Part shown: positions 53,288 to 64,000 of the stretch, one piece after another | Layout: every line of letters begins with the position of its first letter | Position numbering within the stretch: position 1 is the first letter of the stretch | Source: Eledone cirrhosa | Taxonomy: Eukaryota | Direction: 5' to 3' | Length of the DNA stretch: 64,000 nt | Assembly (NCBI GenBank): GCA_964016885.1 | Contig: OZ024747.1 | Span: forward strand, 70,618,001 to 70,682,000 | The notes under the pieces: model-generated | What the model was told of the DNA's origin: nothing | The model's input: only the letters and a program-made list of their open reading frames with translations | The model's database searches: none | Position numbers and translations under genes: made by a program

Positions 53288-54960
53288 TTTTAAATGATAT
53301 GACCTGATTTATGACTCAATATTTACCTACCCACTGTAAATTATAAAATGATTTTCATTATAGTAAAAATATTGTTATAATGACATGTTATGATACAAGA
53401 TTATAAACCTAATTTTAATGTAAAAAGTGTGGAACAAGTGATTACTAATATATAGTATTAGAAATTATATTAGAGATTATGAGAATATCAGAGAAGTATA
53501 TTAAAGATTAATTGATTATTATTAAGTATAAACATAGCTAATGCATAAAATGTTTAGTTTTATCATTTTAATCAAAACAATATGGAATATTAGAAACTAT
53601 TAAAGAAATCAGAAATATCCAAAATATTTATGATAAATTATTGTTAACAGACTAATATAAAGTAATATTAACATAATACAAAGAAAATGTAAGTAAGTTA
53701 ATGAAAGAAAGAAATTCTAGGGTTACTATTTACCGTATAATTATTACTCGTGTCAAAACCAAGTATATAAGTGCAATATAAGAGTGTATTATTCAATATT
53801 CATTTACTAGGAATATAACAATTAACAAGTATGTAGAGGTATTCAATTATAGAGAATTTAAATGCTATGATAATTCCACAATATAAGAAAATTATTTTAT
53901 CTATATGAGATCATAAATCAATCTTGGAAAACTACAAAGTAGTTTATGTGGGCAGCAAATAATAATCCCAGTGCTTCAATGAAAGAGAAATCCATTCCAG
54001 ATCCTTGTCCTTCATATGGGCTACCCAAATTAATAATCAACCATCTTAAACTATATCTTATCTTTGAATTGTGTATAAATTAAATAAGTTGTACAAATGA
54101 TATAGTGGGATTTGTAATGTAAGTAATATCATTTCATTATGAATTGTGTAATTACAATTAACACTAGTTGATCAATTATTTCTAGTTATTCAGAGTCCTG
54201 AATTGTTATGTTGGGTAGATATGTTGGGGGTGATGAGCATTTCAATATTTATGTTTTTAGCATCTACTCATATTCATTTAGCTACTTTTTTAACTTAGCT
54301 ATGGGATTTTTAATATTACCTTACATTCATTTGTAATAGATTTACTTAAATATGAATATCTTAAATTAAGTGTCGAGGAGTAGGTAAAACTTAGCTACAT
54401 TTTTACACATACCCTATGTTATGCAGTTTGACACATACACTGTGTTATAATACGAAGTTGGGAAATTATTTTTGGATACCCTCAAATAATAAATCATGTT
54501 AGATAATACTTTAGGTGGTGCATGTTATCTCAGATTATTATTGCCTTTCAAATTATCATACATAGGGATAACCTTATTACCTATTGCAAAAGTTATCCTA
54601 TTAATATCTATACATAAGTTTTCATTCATCATATTCTCCATTTCGGGGTTATTACCATAATTTAAATTTTGGTATCTAGATTTCAAAGGACTCAACCCTC
54701 TGAATTTCATTTTACAGGAAGGTTATGACTGGACACAATGTCTATAAGGTAACAAAGATGTACAGTTTTATAGTTATTATCAAATGTTATAGATATATTT
54801 ATCTTTTTAAAGAATATCTAGATGTCTTTTTCTCATTTTTGCTAGAACTAGGGAACAGGTGTTGTTAAAGGTAAGTGCATCATTTTATATAAACCAACCC
54901 ACCAAATATATATATATATACACACACAAACACATTCACACACATGTATATGTGTGTGTG

Positions 54961-54991
<31 letters not shown>

Positions 54992-55136
54992 GATATATAT
55001 ATGTGTGTGTGTGTCTGTGCGTATATATATATATATATATGTATATAGGCTAAGGAATTCACTTTGCACCCAAGTACCAGACTTGAAAAAAATAAATACT
55101 GGTGTTTATATGATCAACTTTATGTTGATACCACCC

Positions 55137-55160
<24 letters not shown>

Positions 55161-55167
<7 letters not shown>

Positions 55168-55722
55168 GTGCAGGGCGATAAAAATAGACGGTAGCCACGG
55201 AGTAGGCAGACCCAGAAATACCTGGGACGACTTGATAAATTCCAACCTCACACACTTACACCTCTCCAAGACAATGTCACTGGACCGAGATCTTTGGCGC
55301 TACACAGTAATACAGAAAACCCGCCTTGCTTAAGTACATAGCAAAACCTACAGTCAGTAGGCACCTCTAACAAAATACACCCCCGTCCCACTACCCCCAC
55401 CCCATCCCCACCACCCCCTTAAATGTGAAGTTATGTTGGTACCACAACATCCAGTCCGAAACAAATGAGGTCGTGTAGGTGTCACGATAAAAAAAACACA
55501 CAGTCCACGCTGTAATGTGGCCGTGTAGGTAACACGATAAAAGCCTCCAAGTCCACACTGTAAACGGGGTTGGTGTTAGGAAGGGCATCCAGCCGTAAAA
55601 AAACCTGCCAGACAGTCCTATACGAGCAGGACAACAAATCTTGCCTCAAGTGGGAAAACTCCCGTCCAAACCCATGCAAGCGTGGAAGATGGACGTTAAA
55701 CAATGATGATGATGATGATGAT
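55161..55722 (+). mobile_element. RTE LINE subfamily 2, 3' fragment
   Basis: KKCRAIKIDGSHGVGRPRNTWDDLI..DRDLWRY, 3' UTR, (GAT)n tail. Inserted in (TA)n. Confidence 0.92.
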
Positions 55723-55984
55723 AATATATATATAAATGGATGGGTGGATACTTTGATAGATAGGTAGACTGAGAGAAAAAAATGATAAAGATTGTTAAAA
55801 CGTACAGATGTACTTGCATGCCCTTCTCAGTGCATATAAATATAGAAGGTTTCATATTTGTAAACTATAGAAAATAAGGATTTTCTCTAAAAACAAGAGG
55901 CTAGCTATTAGTTTATTATAGGGTATATTATTTATATTTTCATTAAACAATTAATAATTAATTTGAAATAGAAGGTTTTGCCAT

Positions 55985-56068
55985 ATTCTTTTGACTAAAG
56001 GAATTTTAGCCTAATAGTAGGGTTTAGAACCCCACTATCAGGCTAAAATTTGTTTAGTAAAAAAAATA
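55985..56068. repeat. Hairpin/palindrome
   Basis: AATTTTAGCCTAATAGTAGGGTT-tag-AACCCCACTATCAGGCTAAAATT (56002-56050) with weaker outer extension. Confidence 0.75.
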
Positions 56069-57125
56069 AGGTGAAAGATTCGATTTTTAATTTTCAAACT
56101 CGCTCGCTGTTTCAAAACATACTTGCTTGATAATTAATTTATAATGAAGAAATGGTGTTTGTTGTGTTAAATATGTTATGTTTATTATGATACATGTTTT
56201 GAAAGTTATATATGTTTACAGTCAACTCTTGCTCTGGTTCAATGCTACTAAGCTTGTTCGCTGTATCTGTCTATATTCAAATTATAAGAACATTCTTCCT
56301 CTAACTTTCATCATTAAACAAATGAAGATGAGAAATTTTAATTGAGGAAATTGTTATCTTTTGTTACATTGTATTTCGAAAACCACCTCATCATCATCAT
56401 CATCACCATCATTATCATTGTCATCATCTTTATCATTCAACATATGTTTCCCCTTCTAGAAATGGTTAATTATAGCTAAAACAAAATCTTTTAAACCATT
56501 AAATGAATTTAAAAAGCAATAAGAAATTTTAAAAAGAAAATACTTAAACATAAATTAAAGTGCAATAATTTAAAACTGCTATTTCTGGAGTATTCTGAAA
56601 ATTATTTGAAACAACTAGACAACTCTACAGTTTGCATAAGTTAGGGAAGGATTTTAAATTGAGGAAATATAACTACTACTGCACTGCCCACTCACAGACT
56701 GCCATTTCAGCCACTATGACCAGACGATGGTCATTATTAGCTCAAGGGATATAACTCACTTGGTCACTTCATCAGAAAAAGAAAAATATTAAAGGAGAAG
56801 TGGGGGAGGGCAAATAATAGTGATAGAGAGAAAAGTGGAGAATATAACTGATTGAATAAAGAATGTGAATATATGTATATATGTATATATATATATAATA
56901 TATATATAACATGCACATGCACACAAACACACACACACACATATATATATACATTATATGTATATATACACATACAAATACATTATATATCCACATACGA
57001 ATATATATATATATGCATATATATATACATATATGTATATATATATGTATATATAAAAGGGAAAACTAAGAATCAGAGTGTGGCATACCGCCTATGGACG
57101 CATCTTAGCTACCATAAGACATATA

Positions 57126-57165
<40 letters not shown>

Positions 57166-57212
57166 ATATATATATATGTGTGTGTATGTATATATATATA
57201 TATATATACAAT

Positions 57213-57558
57213 GGAGGCACATGGCTTAGTGGTTAGAGCATTGGCCTTGCAATCGAAAGGTTGTGAGTTCAATCCTCAGACCAGGTGATGTGTTGTTTCC
57301 TTGAGCAAGACACTTTATTTCACATTGCTCCAGTTTACTCAGCTGTAGAAATGAGATGATAGGACTGGGTCCATATCATTCCACTGCAAAGTGGTCGTGG
57401 AGGTGCCACGGCAAAAAAGCACCCAGCACACACTGTAAATGAGGTTGGAGTTAGGAAGGGCATCCAGCTGTAGAAATCAAGCCAGAATCAGTTCCCGTCC
57501 CACCCTTGCAAGCAGGGAAAAGTGAACGTAAAATGATGATGATGATGATGATGATGAT
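57213..57558 (+). mobile_element. SINE family 2
   Basis: A and B boxes, central domain, RTE-like tail, (GAT)n. Confidence 0.92.
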
Positions 57559-57600
57559 ACATATATATTATATATATGTGTGTGTATGTATATAGATATA

Positions 57601-58644
57601 TCATCATCATCATCATCATCATCAACGTTTAACGTCCGTGTTCCACGCTTGCATGGGTTTGGACGGGGGTAGTCCCACTTGAGGCAAGAGTGATTGTCTT
57701 GCTCGCATAGGACTGTTTGGCAGGTTTTCTACAGTTGGATGCCCTTCCTAACACCAACCACATTTACAGTGTGGGTCTGGGAGGTTTTTACCGTGTTGCC
57801 TACACGGCCACATTACAGCGTGGACTGTGTGTTTTTTTGTCGTGACACCTACACGATCTCATTTGTTTCGGCCTGGATGGCGCGGCACCAACATAACTTT
57901 ACATAGAACGGGGTGGTGTGGATGGGGTGGGGGTGGTGGCGGGACGGGGTGTATTTTGTTAGAGATGCCTACTGGCAAGGCGGGTCTTCTCTGTTACTGA
58001 GTACCGCCAAAGGTCTCGGTCCAGTGACATTGTCTTGGAGAGGTGTAAGTGTGTGAGGTCGGAGTTTATCAGCTCATCCCATGTTTTTCTAGGTCTGCCT
58101 ATTCCGTGGCTACCGTCTATCTTTATTGCCCTGCACTTTGTTATACAGCTATCGACTTTCATGCGCATCACGTGTCCATACCAACGCAGCCTTCTCTCGA
58201 GTAAACAACATCTGATCCCTCTTATCTCTAATTTTTTCCTTAGTTCGTTTATGCTTTGCCGTTCACGTATATTACTGTTACACATCCAGCGGAGCATGCA
58301 AGCTTCGTTCCTCTCTAGTCTGCGTATATCCTCTGCACACAATGCCCAGGTCTCACTACCATGCAACATTGCTGTTCGTATGCAGGCATCGTACAACCTG
58401 CCTTTCATTTTTAGGGAGAACCCTTTAGCAGCTAATAGTGGTATAAGCTCTCTGAACTTTTTCCAACCAGTTCTGACTCTAGCTACTGTACTTTCAGAGC
58501 ACCCTCCCCCACTGCTGATTTTATCGCCCAGGTAACGGAAGCTGTCCACTATTTCTATAGAACCCTCTGCGCAATTGAAAGAGCTAGTATTTTGTGGGCA
58601 CTTGCTGCTACTTATTGCACCAGAACACCGGCCACATGTAAAAT
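57601..58644 (-). mobile_element. RTE LINE subfamily 2, 5'-truncated, ORF end intact
   Basis: DSFRYLGDKISSGGG..MLHGSETW..RRLRWYGHVMRM..GRPRKTW (stop 57959). (CAT)n tail at 57601. Confidence 0.95.
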
Positions 58645-58743
58645 CTATATATATATATATATATATATATAAAGAAAAAGGGATGAAATCGAAAATGCAA
58701 CTGAAGTCTTATTTTTTTTTAAAATATATATATTTATTTGGTT

Positions 58744-58781
58744 CCTTTACCGGTTTCGCAGTTCTTCTGCTTTTCAAAAGG
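58744..58781 (-). ncRNA. Minimal type I hammerhead (mirror copy in left arm)
   Basis: Exact reverse complement of 58854-58891. Confidence 0.75.
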
Positions 58782-58853
58782 TGAGTTGAGATGGAGGGTC
58801 TGTGGTTTTTCTCACATCTGTGAGAAAAACCATAGACCCTCCATCTCAACTCA

Positions 58854-58891
58854 CCTTTTGAAAAGCAGAAGAACTGCGAAACCGGTAAAGG
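58854..58891 (+). ncRNA. Minimal type I hammerhead, U3-A8 variant, palindromic stem III
   Basis: cctt-TTGAAAA-gcag aagaa ctgc-GAAA-ccgg-TA-aagg. ACCGGT palindrome and GUA triplet. Confidence 0.78.
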
Positions 58892-58960
58892 AACCAAATA
58901 AATATATATATTTTTAAAAAAAATAAGACTTCAGTTGCATTTTCGATTTCATCCCTTTTT

Positions 58961-59004
<44 letters not shown>

Positions 59005-59008
59005 ACAT

Positions 59009-59341
59009 TCATCATCATCATCATTTTACGTCCACTTTTCCCTGCTTGCAAGTGTGGGATGGGAACTGATTCTGGCTCAATTTCTACAGCTGGATGCCCT
59101 TCCTAACACCAACCTCATTTACAGTGAGTGCTGGGTGCTTTTTTGCCGTGGCACCTCCACGGCCACTTTGCAGTGGAATGATATGGATTCAAGTCCCTAC
59201 CATTTCTACAGCTGAGTAAACTGGAGCAATGTGAAATAAAGTGTCTTGCTCAAGGAAACAACACATCACCTGGTCTGAGAATTGAACTCACAACCTTTCG
59301 ATTGCAAGGCCAATGCTCTAACCACTAAGCCATGCGTCTCC
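59009..59341 (-). mobile_element. SINE family 2
   Basis: Reverse complement of 57213-57558. Confidence 0.92.
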
Positions 59342-59393
59342 ATATATATGTGTATATATATATATATACACACATATATATATATATATATAT

Positions 59394-59967
59394 ATCATCA
59401 TCATCATCATCATCACCGTTTTACGTCCATTCTTCCACGCTAGCATGGGTTAGACAGTTTGTCCTGATGTGGGCAGTGTCTGGTCGGCTGACCATACCTT
59501 GCTCATACAGGAACTGATTTGGCTTGATTTCTACAGCTAGATGCCCTTCCTAACACCAACCTCATTTACAGTGAGTGCTGGGTGCTTTTTCGTGGCGCCT
59601 ACACGTCCACTTTGCGGTGGGGGGTGTGGGGCATATTGTCTATATGCTTCAGCTTGTACCCATCGGAGGTCGGGTACTCTGTATTACTATGTGATGCCAG
59701 AGGTCACGGCCGTGTGTCATCGCCTTTGAGAGGTGTAATTGGGTAAGGTCGGCTTTTATCACCTCATCCCAGGTCATCTTGGGTCTACCCACTCCGCGGT
59801 TTCCATTGACTTCTAGTGCTCTGCACCTTTTTATGCAGCTGTCATCCTTCATACGCATCACATGTCCATACCAACTTAACCGCCTCTCCTGCACACAGCA
59901 TTTGATTCCTATTATGCTCAGTCTCTCTCTCAATTCATTTATGTTTTGTCGTTCGCGTATATTACTA
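59394..59967 (-). mobile_element. RTE LINE subfamily 1, short 3' fragment
   Basis: SNIRERQNINELRERLSI..WYGHVMRM..GRPKMTW, 3' UTR and (CAT)n tail. Confidence 0.93.
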
Positions 59968-60001
59968 TATATATATACATATATATATATATATACATAT
60001 A

Positions 60002-60039
<38 letters not shown>

Positions 60040-60080
60040 CATATATACATATATAATGTATAAAAATCAATACAATATAA

Positions 60081-60156
60081 TTACCTCATTACCAGAGGTT
60101 TCCCGAATGAGGCGAATACGAAAGAAACGTCTTCATTCGTTCGTCAGACGAGGCAA
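60081..60156 (-). ncRNA. Type I hammerhead ribozyme of the PLE
   Basis: Minus strand: ttgcctcgt-CTGACGA-a cgaatga..tcattcg g-GAAA-cc tct gg-TA-atgaggtaa. Stem I 9 bp, cleavage predicted between 60090 and 60089. Confidence 0.85.
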
Positions 60157-60684
60157 TATAAAACATGGGTAAATACTTGGAAAGTCTCATCAAGAAAAGC
60201 AAAAAAATATATAGACAAATGAATTACAATATGAAATATATAAAAAATCTTTCAAGAAATATAGTTAGGTGTGTGTATATGTATGTATATACGCTCACAG
60301 ATGTGCATATATGTGTATGCACAAATGTATACGTATAGTGAAAAAGTGTGCGTAAATATATATTTTAGGGCAAATGTATCTGTATATCTGTAAACTACAG
60401 ACAGAATAGATACATCATAAGAATATGAAGGCACGCGCATAAACACACCTGCACACACGTACACTTATATGCGAAAGTAAAAGAGGTAAGCGAGTGTAAT
60501 AATTAAAGGAAAGTATCAATCTCGATATATTTATAAAAATGGAACAATAATTTAGAAAGAAAAAATTAAAGAAAAGAAGACAAACAAGGTAAACGCATAC
60601 ACACACACGTATATCTCACAAAAGAAACACAAAAATATACATGCTTATATACACACGCACACTTACACATCCATACATTCGATA

Positions 60685-60753
<69 letters not shown>

Positions 60754-61418
60754 TTACACTCACGCATATTGACCTGTTTGCATGCACACGCATAAAAATG
60801 AGGATGTAAAAAAGGGAGGATGAAAAAAGAAACAAAACAAAAAACCTAGATGTAAAAACACGGATATAAAGACACATACACATACATATACATATATATA
60901 TATATATACGCACGCGCGCGCACATACGTAGGCGCTCGTGTACATATATAGAAAGTATACACACATTAAGGCGTTCAGACACATAGATACAGGGTGTAAA
61001 AAACTTGTGGATAATTATTTACAAATATAAAATTATAAGATTGGCTGCGCAAAAATAAAAAATAAAAATAAAAATAAAAATAAAAAATATCTAGAGTGGA
61101 AAACGCATGTGACCTGTTTAATCAGTTAGTGAAGAAAATAGGGAAGTAAAAAATGGAAAGTGAAGATATTAGGTAAGTGAATTGGAGAATAAAGGGAGGG
61201 GGGGGGTTATTGGTGGATGTGAAGTAAAAATAAAAAATAAAAAATAAAAATAAAAATAAAAATAATAATAAAAATAAGGATAAAAATAAAAATAAAAATA
61301 AAAATAAAAATAAAAATAAAATAAAAATAAAAATAAAAATGAAAATAAATGAAATTAATAATAAGGATAAAAATGAAAGTAAATCAGAAAGGGTAAATAT
61401 AAAGAGAATAACAAGAGT

Positions 61419-63035
61419 TTATGGAGGATAAGTATCTGAAAGTGTGTTAAGTTTATATGAGCTGGAAAGCAGGTGTGATTTCATGTGTGGGCAACTGGTG
61501 AAAATTTCCGTCTTTGTGTTCAGGCAGGTCTTTGGTGATTTAAGATTTTGCAAGATCCAATATTTTTCATTTATGCAAAGCGTGCATTTTCTTGTTCCTC
61601 TTGCATATTCTTTCGATTGGTTCAAAATTGACCAATCCAATTTATATTGGATGCTTTGGTCTTTCAAATCCCAAATTCTGCTAGCCAGAGCTGTTGTAAA
61701 TCTTTTTTCTGGATGTCGAAAGGATGCGACATGTGAGTAATAACGCGTTTTGAATTTGTCTTGCGTCATACCCACATATCGTTCACTGGTGGCTGGATGG
61801 TTGTTGCTGATGGTTGTCACTTTAGCCGCATATACAATGGCTTTGGTGTTGCATTTACCTTGTAAAGGGCATTCACTTTTGATTCTACAGGAGCAATTTT
61901 GATTTTCTCTAGGTGATTTTTTGTTGATGATATAGGACTTAATAGGGGGACCGCAGGAATAGCTAATTTTGACACAGTTTCTGTTAAAGATCTTATAGTA
62001 TCTATGTGTTCTAGGGAAATGTTTATCTAGGAGCTCTAGGAATGTTTTGCCTACATTAGTTTTAACTGCTAGAGAGTAGGGGGGGGGGGGGGTGAACCAG
62101 ATTATTTTTCTTTTCCTGTTTTTATGTTTAATAGAGTTAGTATAGTTGGTATGCATTTAATCGGTTCGCTAAAACCGCTATTTTGGAGGGCTTTATTATA
62201 GTAGGGGGATGCCTTATTAAAAATAGCTTCTGAGGAAGAGAGGGTGGAGATCCTACGGCTAATATTAGGGATAAGGTTTTTAAAAACTATAGGAGGATGG
62301 TAAGAGCCTTTATTTATATATTTTAAGTTTTCATTAGGTTTATGGTATGGTTTATAAGAAGCAGTAGGCAAATCTAGGTTTATATCTAGGAAATCTACAT
62401 TGGAAAGGTTAGTGTCAATAGTAATTTTAAGATTAAAACTAGCGAAGGTTTTATTAAGTCTTTCCTTAATCTATCTAAGTTATGGCCTATGGTGGTATGG
62501 GAAGTATTAGACCATCGTTGCGATAAAGCCCAAAAATATGGTTAGGAAATTTTTCTTTAAGTGTATGTAGGAGGAATAGGCCGACCAAATCACAAACATC
62601 AGCACTGTCATAAGAGCCCATTGAGACATCGAATGAGCTCTCTGGGTTAGATATTTTTACCCAAGTGTCATTATCAGTAAAGAGTAGAATGTTTCTAGCG
62701 TGCAAGATGACATTCTCTTCAATATCGGAGATATTAGTAAACCTTCTAGCGAAATTTAAAGCTTTCGCTAAAAGGGTCTGAGTGATAGATGGGTAGAAAT
62801 CTACTATGTCAAATTGGGTGAATCTAGAACTATTTTTGTTTTTAATATTATTAAACCAATGTACTACGGAAGAGCTATTTATCCATTGGAGGAATTTAGA
62901 CTTCTAATGTGTGTATTTATATTATTTAAAATTTTTTTGCTGGCAAGAACAATATCAGTCTTAGCAGGGTTGATTATTCTACAACTAGGACGATCAATAA
63001 AGTCGGGTTTGTGATCTTTAAGGGTGATGTACGCA
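61419..63035 (-). pseudogene. PLE reverse transcriptase / GIY-YIG endonuclease, several frameshifts
   Basis: TLKDHKP..CRIINPAK, FDIVDFYPSI, FDVSMGSYDSADVCDLVG, GLYRNDGL (YRDD mutated), DFLDI, YKPYHKPN, CSCR..CPLQGKC linker, IVYAAKV..YVGMT, KCTLC..EK, LN. The motif style resembles the Nematis group as I recall it. Confidence 0.9.
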
Positions 63036-64000
63036 TTGCCCACACATGAAATCACACCTGCTTTCCAGCTCATATTAACTTAACACACTTTCAGATATTT
63101 ATCCTCCATAAACTCTTATTATTCTCTTTATAATTACCCTTTCTGATTTACTTTCATTTTTATCCTTATTATTAATTTCATTTATTTTTAATTTTATTTT
63201 TATTTTTATTTTTATTTTTATTTTTATTTTTAATTTTTACTTCACATCCACCAATAACCCCCCCCCCCCCCCCTTTATTCTCCGATTCACTTACCTAATA
63301 TCTTCACTTTCCATTTTTTACTTCCCTATTTTCTTCACTAACTGATTATACAGGTCACTTGCGTTTTCCACTCCAGATATTTTTTATTTTTATTTTTATT
63401 TTTATTTTTATTTATTTTTTTATTTATTTATTTTTTTTTTATTATTTATTTATTTTTTATTTATTTATTTTTATTTTTTTTTTTTTTTTTCATTTTTGCG
63501 CAGCCAATCTTATAATTTTATATTTGTAAATACTTATCCACAAGTTTTTTACACCCTGTATCTATGTGTCTGAACGCCTTAATGTGTGTATACTTTCTAT
63601 ATATGTACACGAGCGCCTACGTATGTGTGCGCGCATGCGTGTATATATATATATATGTATGTGTATGTGTATGTGTCTTTATATCCGTGTTTTTACATCT
63701 AGGTTTTTTGTTTTGTTTCTTTTTTCTTCCTCCCTTTTTTTACATACTCATTTTTATGCGTGTGCATGCAAACAGGTCAATATGCGTGAGTGTAAGTATG
63801 TGTGTGTGTGTGTGTGTGTGTGTGTACGTATCGAATGTATGGATGTGTAAGTGTGCGTGTGTATATAAGCATGTATATTTTTGTGTTTCTTTTGTGAGAT
63901 ATACGTGTGTGTGTATGCGTCTACCTTGTTTGTCTTCTTTTCTTTAATTTTTTCTTTCTAAATTATTGTTCCATTTTTATAAATATATCGAGATTGATAC
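63036..64000 (+). repeat. Inverted copy of the PLE 3' region, running off the window
   Basis: Reverse complement of 60513-61494 (starts TTGCCCACACATGAAATCACACCTG). Differs mainly in microsatellite lengths. Confidence 0.95.

Larger units (their letters stand above)
58671..58964. repeat. Near-perfect 294-bp palindrome between (TA)n tracts
   Basis: Arms of about 146 bp centred on CTCACA-tc-TGTGAG (58817/58818), about 2 mismatches. Confidence 0.95.
60056..63035 (-). mobile_element. Penelope-like retroelement (PLE), 5'-truncated, with ~1.35-kb 3' non-coding tail
   Basis: RT plus GIY-YIG ORF remnants, a hammerhead near the 3' end, termination in (TA)n, and an inverted 3' copy attached at the 5' break. 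Confidence 0.92.

Noticed and set aside
53700-54760. AT-rich stretch that may be a decayed retroelement ORF on the minus strand
   Set aside because: No diagnostic motif could be read with confidence.

Overview
AT-rich, microsatellite-laden animal genomic DNA. The repeat complement ((TA)n/(CA)n tracts, tRNA-headed SINEs with (GAT)n tails, RTE LINEs) most resembles an octopus/coleoid cephalopod; this is an inference, not a database result. No host protein-coding gene can be supported. All recognisable coding sequence is transposon-derived: several 5'-truncated RTE LINEs of two subfamilies, a full-length but frameshifted DD37D (maT-type) Tc1/mariner element (41959-43255), and a 5'-truncated Penelope-like element (RT + GIY-YIG, minus strand, 60056-63035) with an inverted copy of its 3' part. 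A 48-bp minisatellite and two SINE families are also present; one SINE shares its tail with the RTE. The strongest unexplained signal is a set of unrelated small non-coding elements inside (TA)n tracts that carry type I hammerhead ribozyme (HHR) folds. These include two partial-tandem, retrozyme-like units (about 605 and 496 nt), U3-A8 and U4A core variants, and many fold-back palindromes. All folds were read by eye and need computational and biochemical confirmation.
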